A DNA stretch of 64,000 nucleotides from Polyangiaceae bacterium (GTDB lineage Bacteria > Myxococcota_A > Polyangia > Polyangiales > Polyangiaceae), in the NCBI GenBank assembly GCA_965222375.1, contig CBDCTZ010000015.1:1344001-1408000 (forward strand). Direction: 5' to 3'. The position numbers and the translations under genes are program-made. This document shows, piece after piece, positions 18,598-28,589 of this stretch (positions within the stretch are counted from its first letter, which is position 1; every line of letters begins with the position of its first letter). Under the pieces are notes generated by a model, which saw only the letters and a list, made by a program, of their open reading frames with translations, was not told the DNA's origin and searched no databases.

Positions 18598-19914
18598 GTG
18601 GTGGACGATGTAGAAACGGAGCTGCTGAAAGGCGTCGCGCAGAACGCAGCTGCAAGCGCTCAGGGTTCAGGTCACGGCGTCATCTATCGCGGAACCGGAT
18701 CACAGCTCGTAGAGTTCGAGCAAGACACCGCCGTCGTCTTGGGACGTACTGACCCGGCGGACATACAAGTCGACGACAAGAGCCTGTCGCGACGTCATGC
18801 TCGGCTCCTTCCGAGTGAGGAAGGGCTGTGGGTGGAAGACCTGGGCTCGACGAACGGCACCTTCATCGACGGAGCACGAGTCGACCGCCAGTTGCTCACT
18901 GCAGACGGTGAAGTGCGATTCGGTAACGTGATCATGAGCGTCCACCTGCCCCGCATCGTGAGTCCGCCGCCGGACGATGTGGTGGTGCAGGACCCAGCGA
19001 TGCGACAACTCTACGAGTTGTGCGAGCGCGTGGCGCAGTCAAACGCTCCGGTGCTCGTCTACGGCGAGACGGGTACCGGCAAGGATGTCCTTGCGCGTCG
19101 CATCCACCAAATGAGCCAGCGCGCCAAGGCGCCGCTGCGAACCGTCAACTGCTCCGCGATTCCGGAGGCGCTATCGGAGAGCGTGTTGTTTGGGCACAGC
19201 AAGGGCGCGTTCACTGGTGCCGAACGACGTACCGAGGGCGTGTTCCAGCAAGCCGATGGCGGAACCATCTTCCTCGACGAGGTTGCCGAACTCAGCCCGG
19301 GCGCGCAGGCCGCACTTCTGCGTGTGCTGGAGAACGGGGAGGTGCAGCCGGTTGGCAGCGAGCGACCTGTCCGCGTCGACACCCGAGTCATTTCGGCAAC
19401 GCACGAGAATCTGGGAGACTGTTGCCAGCGCGGCGCGTTTCGATCGGACCTGCTGTTTCGGCTGAACGTGGTCTCGCTGGAGGTACCCCCACTGCGTGAG
19501 CGGGTGAACGAAATCGGGCCTCTCGCCAAGCTCTTCCTGCAGAAGCAGGCCCAGCGCGACGACATGCCACAGCGCCAGTTGACCGATGACGCCTTGACAG
19601 CACTCAAGCGGTACCATTGGCCCGGCAACGTTCGTGAACTACGCAACGCGGTGGAGCATGCTGCGCTGGTGGCTCGGGGAGCGACGATTGGCAGTGGGGA
19701 TCTCCCAAAGTCCTTCGCTAGTCGACCTGCGCAGTCGTTTTCGCCCAGCGCTGCCACGTTCAAACAGCGCATCCGACAATACGAGACGCGCCTCATCATC
19801 GAGGCACTGGAGGCGGCACAGTGGCAGCGAGCTCGAGCCGCCGAGCTGCTCAAGATTCCGCTGCGTACGCTGAATCACAAGATTTCGTCCTACGAGATCG
19901 ACAAGCAGCACTGA
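18598..19914 (+). CDS. FHA-domain sigma54-dependent transcriptional activator (bEBP)
   Basis: FHA (LGR, SRRHA, DLGSTNGT); AAA+ (GETGTGKD, ESVLFGHSKGAFTGA, FLDEV, RSDLLFRLNV, WPGNVREL); C-terminal HTH. Confidence 0.95.
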   Translation: MVDDVETELLKGVAQNAAASAQGSGHGVIYRGTGSQLVEFEQDTAVVLGRTDPADIQVDDKSLSRRHARLLPSEEGLWVEDLGSTNGTFIDGARVDRQLLTADGEVRFGNVIMSVHLPRIVSPPPDDVVVQDPAMRQLYELCERVAQSNAPVLVYGETGTGKDVLARRIHQMSQRAKAPLRTVNCSAIPEALSESVLFGHSKGAFTGAERRTEGVFQQADGGTIFLDEVAELSPGAQAALLRVLENGEVQPVGSERPVRVDTRVISATHENLGDCCQRGAFRSDLLFRLNVVSLEVPPLRERVNEIGPLAKLFLQKQAQRDDMPQRQLTDDALTALKRYHWPGNVRELRNAVEHAALVARGATIGSGDLPKSFASRPAQSFSPSAATFKQRIRQYETRLIIEALEAAQWQRARAAELLKIPLRTLNHKISSYEIDKQH

Positions 19915-19978
19915 ACGAGCAACGCTGAACAGGCGGCCGCTTGCCAGAGGCAACGGGGATAGGTCAAATTGACAAGCT

Positions 19979-21463
19979 GTGGGTCTCCTCCTAATCCCGG
20001 GTGCCAAGCTCGACCGCTACGAGTTGGTTTGCCCGATTGCCCAAGGCGGGATGGCACAGGTATGGGTGGCACGCCTCAGTGGTCCACGTGGCTTCGAAAA
20101 GCTGGCGGCCATCAAGATGATCCTGACTCAACACGCGGGAGATCCGCTATTTCAGAGCATGCTGCTGGACGAAGCGCGACTAACAGCTGAAGCGCGCCAC
20201 CCCAATGTGGTGCAGGTCACTGAATTGGGTGAAACCGACGAGCTGATGTACCTCGTCATGGAGTGGGTGCCGGGGTTACCGCTACGGGCGTTGATGACGC
20301 TGGGCGAACGGGAAGACGGTCGGGTGCCGCTGGGTGTTGCACTGCGAATCGTTGCCGACGCCTGCGCCGGGCTCCATCATGCGCACGAGCTGCGCGATGT
20401 GGAGGGCCACCCGTTGGGCGTGGTCCACCGTGATATCTCCCCAACCAATCTGTTGATCAGCGAATCTGGTGCCACCAAGGTGATCGACTTCGGCATCGCC
20501 AAGGCGATGGACCGTGTTGCTGAGCCCACCTCGACAGGAATCATCAAGGGCAAAGTGAGCTACATGGCCCCGGAGCAGGCGGCCGGGCATGCCGTTGACC
20601 GGCGCGCGGATATCTGGGCAATCGGCGTGGTGCTGTACCGTCTGCTCGCGGCGCGGCTGCCCTTCGAAGGGGGAAGAGTCGACACCCTCGGTCTGGTCGC
20701 GCGCGGTACGCCAGCGCCCCCCGTCCCGGATCTCGATCCGCGGCTGCAGGGGATCCTCGACAAGAGCCTCGCACCGAACAAGCGCGAACGCTACGCGACC
20801 GCGGAGCTGATGCAGCATGCCGTGGAGCGAGCGTCCAGCGAACTGTGTGGAGCAACTACCGCCACCGATGTTGCTCGATATCTCAAGCGGGTTGGCGCCA
20901 CACCGCTCGAAGAACGCCGCCGACTGCTGAAAGAAGCGCTCAGCACGATGTCGGGGCGCGTCGCGGCCGACGAAGAAAAGACTGCGGTGTCTCTCGATCC
21001 AAGCGGCGTCGAGGTCGCGCGGACGCCAGACGCGATAGAAACCGACTTCTCGGGAACGGCTGCCCCGAGCTGGCTACGGACATCGCGACCGTGGATGCTC
21101 ATCGCTGTCGCGGCCGTGGTAGTGATCATCGGTGGCATCGTGGCTCTGTCTCGGATGTCTACTACTACCGCTGTCGGCGCAAGTGACGATCCGACGGTTG
21201 GCGAGCCCGCTCTGAGTGCAACCTCTACCCTCACGGTGACCCCAGCGACCTCTGCGCCACAGCCCGCTGTGCCGCACCCCGCAGCCCCTGCCACCAGCGA
21301 CGCTGCAGCCAAGGCGCCGGAGACCGCTACACAATCACCGGCAGGCGGTGGCGGGGTCGCTGCGGCCCCGAACAAGAAGCCATCAACAGCCCGACCGGCA
21401 TCGCCGGCCAAGCGCAACAAGAAGTCCGGTGTGCTAGATCTATTCGGCGATGGTCGTCGATAG
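19979..21463 (+). CDS. Membrane Ser/Thr protein kinase (Hanks type)
   Basis: GGMAQVW, AIK, HRDISPTN, DFGIAK, YMAPEQ, DIWAIG; one TM segment and a Pro/Ala tail. Confidence 0.95.
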   Translation: MGLLLIPGAKLDRYELVCPIAQGGMAQVWVARLSGPRGFEKLAAIKMILTQHAGDPLFQSMLLDEARLTAEARHPNVVQVTELGETDELMYLVMEWVPGLPLRALMTLGEREDGRVPLGVALRIVADACAGLHHAHELRDVEGHPLGVVHRDISPTNLLISESGATKVIDFGIAKAMDRVAEPTSTGIIKGKVSYMAPEQAAGHAVDRRADIWAIGVVLYRLLAARLPFEGGRVDTLGLVARGTPAPPVPDLDPRLQGILDKSLAPNKRERYATAELMQHAVERASSELCGATTATDVARYLKRVGATPLEERRRLLKEALSTMSGRVAADEEKTAVSLDPSGVEVARTPDAIETDFSGTAAPSWLRTSRPWMLIAVAAVVVIIGGIVALSRMSTTTAVGASDDPTVGEPALSATSTLTVTPATSAPQPAVPHPAAPATSDAAAKAPETATQSPAGGGGVAAAPNKKPSTARPASPAKRNKKSGVLDLFGDGRR

Positions 21464-22430
21464 GACCCACTGGCTGCTCGGCATAGCGGCGTTGGCTAGC
21501 GCGGGCGTGGCAGAGGCGGCGCCCACTGCCGTCGCCGCCGCTGAAGCGCTCTATCGCGAAGGGCGGGCGCTGCTTGCCGAACAGAAGTACGACCTGGCCT
21601 GCGCCAAGCTGGCCAAGAGTCAAGAGCTGGATCCCGCGGTCGGCACCCTGGGCCTCTTGGCACTGTGCAACGAATCTCGTGGGCGCACAGCCACGGCCTG
21701 GCAGCAGTACGTGGACGTTGCCGCCCAGGCCAAGTCCGCCGGGCAAGAGGAGCGAGCTAGCGCCGCCGCGGAGCGTGCTCAGGATCTGGAGAGCAAGCTG
21801 TCGCGGCTGAGGGTGGTGGTCCAACAGCCAAGTGATGGGCAGACCGTCACGCTCAACGGCGAACTACTGAAGCGCGCCGCCTGGGACAGCTTCGTGCCGG
21901 TCGACCCAGGCGCCATCAGCGTTCGGTCGTTGGCGCCAGGCAAAGAGCCGTGGCAAGACACGATGTCGCTACCGTCTGCCGGCGGGCGGGTCAGTATTAC
22001 CGTACCGCCGCTCGCAAAACGGAAAGGCGATGGGGCGGTCCTGCAACCGCGGGAATCACCCGCCACTCCAGCGCCGACCCGGCCACCTGCAGCGAGGGAC
22101 ACGGGTGGCGGTTCGCCATGGCTCGCTTGGACCAGTCTCGGTCTAGGTGCAACTGGCCTGATCGTTGGCGGTGTGTTCGCTCTCGATGCGCGAAAGAAGC
22201 GAGACGATTCGGACCCGTTCTGCAACGCGCAGGACATATGCACCCAGGACGGCGTAGATCTGAGGGATGACGCGCTTACCTCGGCACGCATAAGTACAGT
22301 CGCCGTCGGCATCGGTGTCGTCGGGCTAGCGGTGGGCACGGTCCTGCTGCTAACTCAGGACTCCTCACCGCAGGCCCGCCGAGCAGCGCGAGTATCATCG
22401 AGCCGACGTGGCGTCGCCTGGAGGTTCTGA
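21450..22430 (+). CDS. TPR/PEGA-like exported protein typical of myxobacterial kinase operons
   Basis: Signal peptide; AEALYREGR..ACAKLAKSQELDP TPR; VDPG PEGA-like segment; C-terminal hydrophobic hairpin. Confidence 0.8.
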   Translation: MVVDRTHWLLGIAALASAGVAEAAPTAVAAAEALYREGRALLAEQKYDLACAKLAKSQELDPAVGTLGLLALCNESRGRTATAWQQYVDVAAQAKSAGQEERASAAAERAQDLESKLSRLRVVVQQPSDGQTVTLNGELLKRAAWDSFVPVDPGAISVRSLAPGKEPWQDTMSLPSAGGRVSITVPPLAKRKGDGAVLQPRESPATPAPTRPPAARDTGGGSPWLAWTSLGLGATGLIVGGVFALDARKKRDDSDPFCNAQDICTQDGVDLRDDALTSARISTVAVGIGVVGLAVGTVLLLTQDSSPQARRAARVSSSRRGVAWRF

Positions 22431-22477
22431 GCGGGTACCCGGTGCTGCGCACAGCGCATCCCGGTCACGATCTCGCA

Positions 22478-24661
22478 TCAAGGTGGCAGGCCATTTCTTA
22501 GCAATAGCCAGGCTGACTCCGTCGCTACGAGCACATCGTCCCGGCAGTTGCCAGTTATGTCGCGGGCGAAGACGCGCAAAGGCTCGCCGGCGACCGTGAA
22601 CTCTCCGGGCTGCTGCGCCAGCTGCGTGCCTTCGCCGACGTACACTCGCACGACTGATGGATCCCCGGCAAACGCGACGACCAGATCCAGCGACCCGTCG
22701 TAGTCGAGGTCGGCCAAGGCGATCGAGCGCGCGGACGGTGCCAATTGGATTGGGGGCGCCACATTCAACCGGCCGGTACCGTCGCCGAGCAGCGGGTGCG
22801 CCTTGCTCGAGGTTGTGTCGAGTACCACGATGTCTGCGTGGCCGTCGTTGTCGAGGTCACCGACGGCTGGAGAGGCGAGCGTGCCGCCTAGGTCGAGCGC
22901 AGCGGTAACTACATACGGAGCGTCGCTCTGAGCGGTCGCCCGAGCAAGCGCCAGCTGACCACCACCGACCGCGATCAGGTCATCTAGCGCGGGATGGGTG
23001 ACTCGGCGCGCCACCAGTTCACTGATCGGCACGCCGGTGGCTATCGAGGTGGCTGGGGCAAGGCTCGCGTTTGCGCCGCGCAAGCGAACCCGCAATTCGC
23101 CCGATGCCAGACCGAGCGCCAGATCTTGTGTGTCGCCACCGAGCTGTGCTCGGGCGATTGCCAAAGCGCTGATCGTCGCCTCCGAGGATATCTCTGCCAC
23201 GGACGTGAAATGATCGGCACTGGTCTCCTGGAGCCGCAGCGCCGCGCCCACCTTGGCGGTGTAGAGCTCTTTCGGCTTGTTTGGGGGAGAGTACAGCGCC
23301 AAGTCACGGGCTAAGCCATCCACTGCGTAGCTAGTGAAGGCCAGCTCGGTCTGGTCAGAAACGGGCTCGAATACGCTGAGACGACCGCGCTTATTGATGA
23401 GGAACCAGCGCAAGCTTTCTGAGTCGACCAACGCTGCGTCCCCATCGCCGCCCGGTCCGATCAATTCGACGACGAAAGACGAAGCGTTGACGTCGCTAGG
23501 CGATGCGGTCATTACGAGCTGTCGCGATGCTGACGTTGCCACGATCTCTTCACCAGTGAGATCGTCGAAACCAGCCACCAGACAGTGGCCCCAGCTCTCG
23601 CTGCTGACCGCGCGAGCAACTGTCAGCCCGGTGCTGCCCAACGCGATCTGCACTCCCTCTTCGCCACAGGCGACCAGATCCAGCGAGGCATCGCCATCAA
23701 GCATTCCGACAGCCACATCCTTGGCGGCGAAACCAGCCAGCGCCGTTGTTCGTGATGCCCAGTCCGCGAGCTGCCCCGAGCCGTCGCCGGCGAGTATGGC
23801 CACGCCAGCGGCATGGGACAGCGCAACGTCTTCCGCAGCATCGCCAACCAGAGCGCCCACCGCAATCCCAGTAACAGCGGTGGCAACGGCCTGCGGGCTA
23901 GCCGAGGTCACCTGGAGCGCACCATCCCCTACTCCGCTCACTACGCTGAGCACGGCCGATTGTTGTCCCGGTGCCACCGCCACGACGTCGACACCCGGCG
24001 CAGCCAATTGGCCGGCGGCCAGGAGCTCGGGCCGATGCTCTAGCGCCACGCTCTCTTCAATGGAGCCCGCCGCGCCTCCCCCAGAACGAAACACTGCCAA
24101 ACGATCGGCAGCTTCACCGATGATCCAGTCGGCTTTGCCGTCCTCGTCGATATCGACCACCAACAGCGCGGTCGCCTCTGCCAAGACGCTGCCCGTAATC
24201 ACTTCGGTCAGAGTTCCATCGGGCTCCGGGGTCATCACACTGAAACCGCCGCCTTCCCGAACGACCACCAGGTCCAGGGCGCCGTCCCCGTCCACATCAC
24301 CGGTGGCGGCGCCCACCACTCGGACTGCCTGCTGAGTGATCCGAGTGCGCCAGATGGACTGGTCTGCGGCTTTGCTCCACGTCGCAATCTGACTGCTGCC
24401 GAAGGTGGCGAATCGAGCAGCGTTTCCAGTAGCCAAGGATCCGAGCCAGGCAACGCCCCGCGGAGATGGTGCGAAGTCGAAGGTCTGCACAGTCGGAGAG
24501 AATGGGGCGACCACCGGCGGCCCCCCACACGCCTGGCCGCCCGCGCCGGATGGATTGCCCAGGGTCCCGGGTCGGATATCCAGAACCTTTTCACAACCCG
24601 GCGCGACCAGCAGCACCATCAGCACCGCCTCGAAGGCCAAACTACGTCGAGGGCGCGCCAT
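22478..24661 (-). CDS. FG-GAP/VCBS repeat lipoprotein
   Basis: VAPGC lipobox; GDVDGDGALD, DIDEDGKAD, GDLDNDGHAD, ADLDYDGSLD repeats. Confidence 0.8.
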   Translation of the reverse strand: MARPRRSLAFEAVLMVLLVAPGCEKVLDIRPGTLGNPSGAGGQACGGPPVVAPFSPTVQTFDFAPSPRGVAWLGSLATGNAARFATFGSSQIATWSKAADQSIWRTRITQQAVRVVGAATGDVDGDGALDLVVVREGGGFSVMTPEPDGTLTEVITGSVLAEATALLVVDIDEDGKADWIIGEAADRLAVFRSGGGAAGSIEESVALEHRPELLAAGQLAAPGVDVVAVAPGQQSAVLSVVSGVGDGALQVTSASPQAVATAVTGIAVGALVGDAAEDVALSHAAGVAILAGDGSGQLADWASRTTALAGFAAKDVAVGMLDGDASLDLVACGEEGVQIALGSTGLTVARAVSSESWGHCLVAGFDDLTGEEIVATSASRQLVMTASPSDVNASSFVVELIGPGGDGDAALVDSESLRWFLINKRGRLSVFEPVSDQTELAFTSYAVDGLARDLALYSPPNKPKELYTAKVGAALRLQETSADHFTSVAEISSEATISALAIARAQLGGDTQDLALGLASGELRVRLRGANASLAPATSIATGVPISELVARRVTHPALDDLIAVGGGQLALARATAQSDAPYVVTAALDLGGTLASPAVGDLDNDGHADIVVLDTTSSKAHPLLGDGTGRLNVAPPIQLAPSARSIALADLDYDGSLDLVVAFAGDPSVVRVYVGEGTQLAQQPGEFTVAGEPLRVFARDITGNCRDDVLVATESAWLLLRNGLPP

Positions 24662-24686
24662 CCACGGAACTATAGCCAACGAACCC

Positions 24687-25688
24687 CTACTTCCCGACCG
24701 GCCTGACCAGATACGGGTCGATCGGACCTGGATTCTTCAGCACCACGACGTTGCGCAGCCAGATGTCCAGGGCCGGGCCGGTTGTGCGGGCGGAATTCGG
24801 AGCAAAACGGAAGTGCGCCACCCAAAGTGATTTTTTCGACTGCGCATTCCAGGGCAGCCGCAAAGACAGGTCGTCAACGACCAACGTCGCGTCGCGGGTC
24901 TCGTCGGCGAGCCAGGCGCTGACCTTGCTTTTCGGCTCGTCGAGGGGAGAGTTTTCGGTGAACCGCAGCCAATGGCGGATCCAGACTTCGGTTCTGAGCG
25001 GAAACGAACCAAACGATACTGGGGTGAGCGGCTCTGCTTTCACTATGCCCGGGCCAGCGTAGGTCTGGTCAAGCACAACCCACTCACTAGCGAACTCTGG
25101 CGGGAGGTACGTACCCTTGAACCCGAGGTCCTGGTTCCAAAACCCCTTGCCGCCAACCCCCGGATCGTTAGCCCAGAGACGCACGAACTTGGCGGAGGTA
25201 GCCGACGAGGAGCCGGAGCTCAGAGAGGTGAACGTATCACTGTAGCGCACGTCCCAAATGATCAGCCACTCGGTGTTCCCAGTTGGTTGGTCGGATTCCA
25301 CGGGAACATAGAGCTGCGATGGGTCTGGCAAGTTACTTTCATTTGCGGGGATGTGCAGGCGCGCGGCGTCCTGCTCGGCATCGTAGGTAACGCCCGTGTT
25401 GGGTGGGTTGGTCGTCACCATATCGATCTGCTCTTGGGAGCGAAGCGCTGACGTCCGATGAGCGATGGGGAGCAGCGCCTCGAAAAAGGCATTGCCGCTG
25501 GCGGCCGCCGCCTCCGAACCCACCGCGCTGTCGGGAATCGGCGCTGCGTCAGCGCCTGGGGCTCCGGAGGCACCGGCTGCGCCGCCCGGCGAACCCGTGG
25601 GCGACTCGGCAGCGCATGCCCAAGCCGATGCACCGGCTAGGAGCAGTGAAAGGAATAGTGTCGCTGGCTTGCGTGCAAAGTCCGGCAT
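24687..25688 (-). CDS. Hypothetical lipoprotein, paralogue of 28590..29696
   Basis: Start MPDFARK with AAAGGAAG upstream; AWAC lipobox; shared motifs with the paralogue. Confidence 0.7.
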   Translation of the reverse strand: MPDFARKPATLFLSLLLAGASAWACAAESPTGSPGGAAGASGAPGADAAPIPDSAVGSEAAAASGNAFFEALLPIAHRTSALRSQEQIDMVTTNPPNTGVTYDAEQDAARLHIPANESNLPDPSQLYVPVESDQPTGNTEWLIIWDVRYSDTFTSLSSGSSSATSAKFVRLWANDPGVGGKGFWNQDLGFKGTYLPPEFASEWVVLDQTYAGPGIVKAEPLTPVSFGSFPLRTEVWIRHWLRFTENSPLDEPKSKVSAWLADETRDATLVVDDLSLRLPWNAQSKKSLWVAHFRFAPNSARTTGPALDIWLRNVVVLKNPGPIDPYLVRPVGK

Positions 25689-25782
25689 CAGTGCTCTTCC
25701 TTTCATCCGAGAATACCCAGCAACATAGCACTTCGGAATACCGGAGCGGATCGCATCGGCGAAGTTTGTTGATGGATGACTC

Positions 25783-25808
25783 AGCAAGGGTTGCCGGCAA
25801 GACTTGCC
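25783..25808. promoter_or_regulatory. Tandem palindromic boxes (A/G)GCAA-N3-TTGCC, putative bEBP enhancer
   Basis: AGCAA-GGG-TTGCC-GGCAA-GAC-TTGCC. Confidence 0.6.
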
Positions 25809-26092
25809 CGAGAGGTCCATCGGGAAGCTCGCCTGTCTCGCGCGGACGGTGTGGCGACGATGGTCCGGCTCCCGCTCCGAGCGTAGTAACGGGCAACGGC
25901 GACTTTCGCACGGCAGCGCCGCGATGCTGCTCGTCGGGCTGGCGGTCGTTTCGTTTGGTTGCGACGACGGCATGTGGAGACGCGAGTCCACACGCTGGAC
26001 GGTGGAGCCTGATGCGCGTCCCCCGAACAAGGCGAAGTTCACCGGAAAGACCGATGCTGCCGCGGTCGCACGCTAGTGCAAGAAGCTCCGCG

Positions 26093-26118
26093 GGCAAGAG
26101 TTGCCGGCAAAGCTTGCC
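26093..26118. promoter_or_regulatory. Tandem palindromic boxes GGCAA-N3-TTGCC, putative bEBP enhancer
   Basis: GGCAA-GAG-TTGCC-GGCAA-AGC-TTGCC. Confidence 0.6.
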
Positions 26119-26169
26119 CCAGACGAACCTCGTCCGTGGCAAACACCACGCAGAGCACGGTTACCTACA

Positions 26170-26186
26170 TTGGCGTACATCGTGCA
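26170..26186 (+). promoter_or_regulatory. Putative sigma54 promoter
   Basis: TTGGCGTACATCGTGCA, GG-N10-GC. Confidence 0.5.
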
Positions 26187-26270
26187 AACGGACTCTGTAT
26201 GACAACTTCCCACCTACGACGTTTGCTACCGGACGAGCGGGCAGTCGACGCTGTGCGCGTCGGTTGCCAC

Positions 26271-27353
26271 ATGATGCGGGGTCTGCTCGCGCCCCTCGCA
26301 TTGCTGCTCCTCTCCACCGCCTGCGGTGAGCCGGAACAGGATTCACCCACCCGAGCCAGTGGCTGCGAGGCTCGCCTCGACGAAATCGCCGCATGCGTAG
26401 GCGGGGGCGAGTGTGACGTTGCAGCCTACGAGTCGGTGTTGGCGGATTGCCATGCGTCCAGCAGCAGCCTGGTGGACAAGCAAGCTGCCGGGAAAGCTGA
26501 TCACATCGGACCGCGCAATGGGCACAAGGTGTTGGTGGTTGTTTCGGCGGCCCAGTGGCTCGAGGTCCACGACGCACACACGGGCTCCGAGGAGACCTTT
26601 CCAACCGGCTATTTTCTCCGCGAGCTTTCCGACCCACTCGCAGCGATGTTGGCTGCTGGCTATTCTGTCGACTACGCCACCGTCGAAGGCAAAGTGCCAG
26701 TGCAGGACCAGCAAGGCAACCGCAGTGCTTGGTTCAGGTGGCCGCCGTCTCATGCCTTTTCCGCAACGTCACGGCGTGATCGGGCGTTGGAGCTAGTCAA
26801 CAACGAGCCGGGTCTCGCAGCGCCAATAGCACTGTCGGAGCTGGGCGAAGAGCAGCTGGACGGCTACGTCGGAGTTTATGTGCCGGGAGGCCATGCTCCG
26901 ATGATGGATCTCGTCAATCACCCCGAGATGGGGCGAGTGTTGAGACACTTCCACGAAAACAAGAAACCCACCGGCCTGATCTGCCATGCCCCCATCGCAA
27001 TGCTGTCGACCCACCCCGACGCTGCGGGACTGAGTGTGCAAGAAATCGCCACCGCTCGATTCCCAACCCGAAACCAATGGATCTACGCCGACTATCGGGT
27101 CACGGCGGCAAGTGACCTCTCCGAGTGGTTCTTGGAGCGGTTTGGTTACATTGCTGGATTGCGGGTACCATACTACGTTGCTGGCACGCTCGAAGCGGCC
27201 GGCGCCGAACTCGACCAGAATCCCATTCCGGGCGGTCCCAAAGTCGTGCGTGACCGCGAGTTGGTCACGGGCCAAAACCCGTTTTCCTCCTTGGAAATGG
27301 GAGACGTCTTCACTGCGGCGTTGAACGAGTACGTCAGTCAGGGGGGGTCATGA
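26271..27353 (+). CDS. DJ-1/PfpI (class I GATase-like) protein with N-terminal lipoprotein extension
   Basis: LSTAC lipobox; KVLVVVS, TGYFLREL, VPGGHAPMMDL, ICHAP, RDRELVTGQNPFS. Confidence 0.85.
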   Translation: MMRGLLAPLALLLLSTACGEPEQDSPTRASGCEARLDEIAACVGGGECDVAAYESVLADCHASSSSLVDKQAAGKADHIGPRNGHKVLVVVSAAQWLEVHDAHTGSEETFPTGYFLRELSDPLAAMLAAGYSVDYATVEGKVPVQDQQGNRSAWFRWPPSHAFSATSRRDRALELVNNEPGLAAPIALSELGEEQLDGYVGVYVPGGHAPMMDLVNHPEMGRVLRHFHENKKPTGLICHAPIAMLSTHPDAAGLSVQEIATARFPTRNQWIYADYRVTAASDLSEWFLERFGYIAGLRVPYYVAGTLEAAGAELDQNPIPGGPKVVRDRELVTGQNPFSSLEMGDVFTAALNEYVSQGGS

Positions 27354-28210
27354 GTTCGTTGCGGCGCTACCATCTGCTAGCCGCACTGGCGTTGGCGCCT
27401 TTCGGATGTGCGAGTGAGGCTGATGGCCCGCGCGATGAAGCGGGCTTGCAATGCGTCAGCGGGGAGCAGCGGCAGTGCGCCTGTCCGGGCGGGACCCTGG
27501 GAGCGCAGAAATGCAACTCTGACGGCAGGAGCTTTGGCCCATGCTTGGGTTGCGGCGGCGGGCTCGGGGGCGGTGGCGCCAGCACTGGCTGGCCCGGAGG
27601 AAATGCGGGCGCTGGCGGGGCCACGCCAGGGGGAGGCGCTGGCGGCAGCGGCGGAGCGGCTGGTGGCGGCGGTGCACCCAGCAATAGTGGCGGAGCGTCC
27701 GGCAGCGGCGGCGCATCCGGCAACAGCGGCGGAACGTCCGGCAGCGGTGGCGCATCCGGTAATAGCGGCGGAGCGTCCGGCAGCGGTGGCGGAGGAGCCG
27801 TTGCTGGCGCGCCGAGCAAGCCACCGCAAGCGAAGTGGCCGGATCCGGCGCCCAACGCCTACAGTGTGGTTCAGAAGACCGCGGCCGATCACCCGCAGCT
27901 TCTCGCTCAGTCGTGTGTCGATACTGGCGGCAGCAACGCTTTCCTCTTCGAGGTCGTGCGCCGGTTGCGCAAGCTAGACGATCGCTGGGGCCTGAATTGG
28001 AAGCGGGGCAAGGTGGGGGACCTGTCTCAGGACGTCGTCGACTACCACTGGGGTAGCGGCGTGAGCGAGGGAAGCACCGAAGTGTACATCATCGACGTCA
28101 TCACCGGACATTGTGGCAATAGTCCCAAGCCCGGCTGGGTGGACGTGACCCAGGCGACCCTCGACAAGAACGAGATCGGTCGCTGGACCCTCGCCAATCA
28201 GAAGCTGTGA
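27350..28210 (+). CDS. Gly-rich lipoprotein with C-terminal domain of unknown function
   Basis: ATGA overlap with the previous gene; PFGC lipobox; CxCPGG..QxC motif; GGASGSGG repeats; RWGLNWKRG..YIIDVI domain. Confidence 0.7.
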   Translation: MSSLRRYHLLAALALAPFGCASEADGPRDEAGLQCVSGEQRQCACPGGTLGAQKCNSDGRSFGPCLGCGGGLGGGGASTGWPGGNAGAGGATPGGGAGGSGGAAGGGGAPSNSGGASGSGGASGNSGGTSGSGGASGNSGGASGSGGGGAVAGAPSKPPQAKWPDPAPNAYSVVQKTAADHPQLLAQSCVDTGGSNAFLFEVVRRLRKLDDRWGLNWKRGKVGDLSQDVVDYHWGSGVSEGSTEVYIIDVITGHCGNSPKPGWVDVTQATLDKNEIGRWTLANQKL

Positions 28211-28372
28211 GCAGTTCAGCATCCCGGCACGACGTCCGCCGGACATCGCGTCACCCATACCGCGCCAAGACCTAGCTGACACTTGCCGTCTGGGGCAGCG
28301 GGTGGAACCAGCGGCGGTCCCAGCTCAAGGTTGGCACGGCGGAGGGAAGGTTCCTTCTCTGCGAGTCCACGC

Positions 28373-28399
28373 AGCAATTTGTTGCTGGCAATTCTTGCC
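28373..28399. promoter_or_regulatory. Tandem palindromic boxes, putative bEBP enhancer
   Basis: AGCAA-TTTG-TTGCT-GGCAA-TTC-TTGCC. Confidence 0.55.
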
Positions 28400-28538
28400 G
28401 AAGCGGCGCCGCCCTCACCTTGCTGACACCGACAAGTTCGGTCTCTCGGTGCCGTCACGCGACGCGCAACCAGCACAAGTGGATCGACCAGCGGCCAGCT
28501 TGTGGACAAAGACCGCGAGCAGCGGCTCGAACCACCTG

Positions 28539-28555
28539 ACGGCATGAGGTTTGCT
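28539..28555 (+). promoter_or_regulatory. Putative sigma54 promoter
   Basis: ACGGCATGAGGTTTGCT, GG-N10-GC, 35 bp before the ATG at 28590 (GGAGG RBS). Confidence 0.6.
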
Positions 28556-28589
28556 TTTTCTGTGAACGCACGCGCATGGAGGTCCACCA

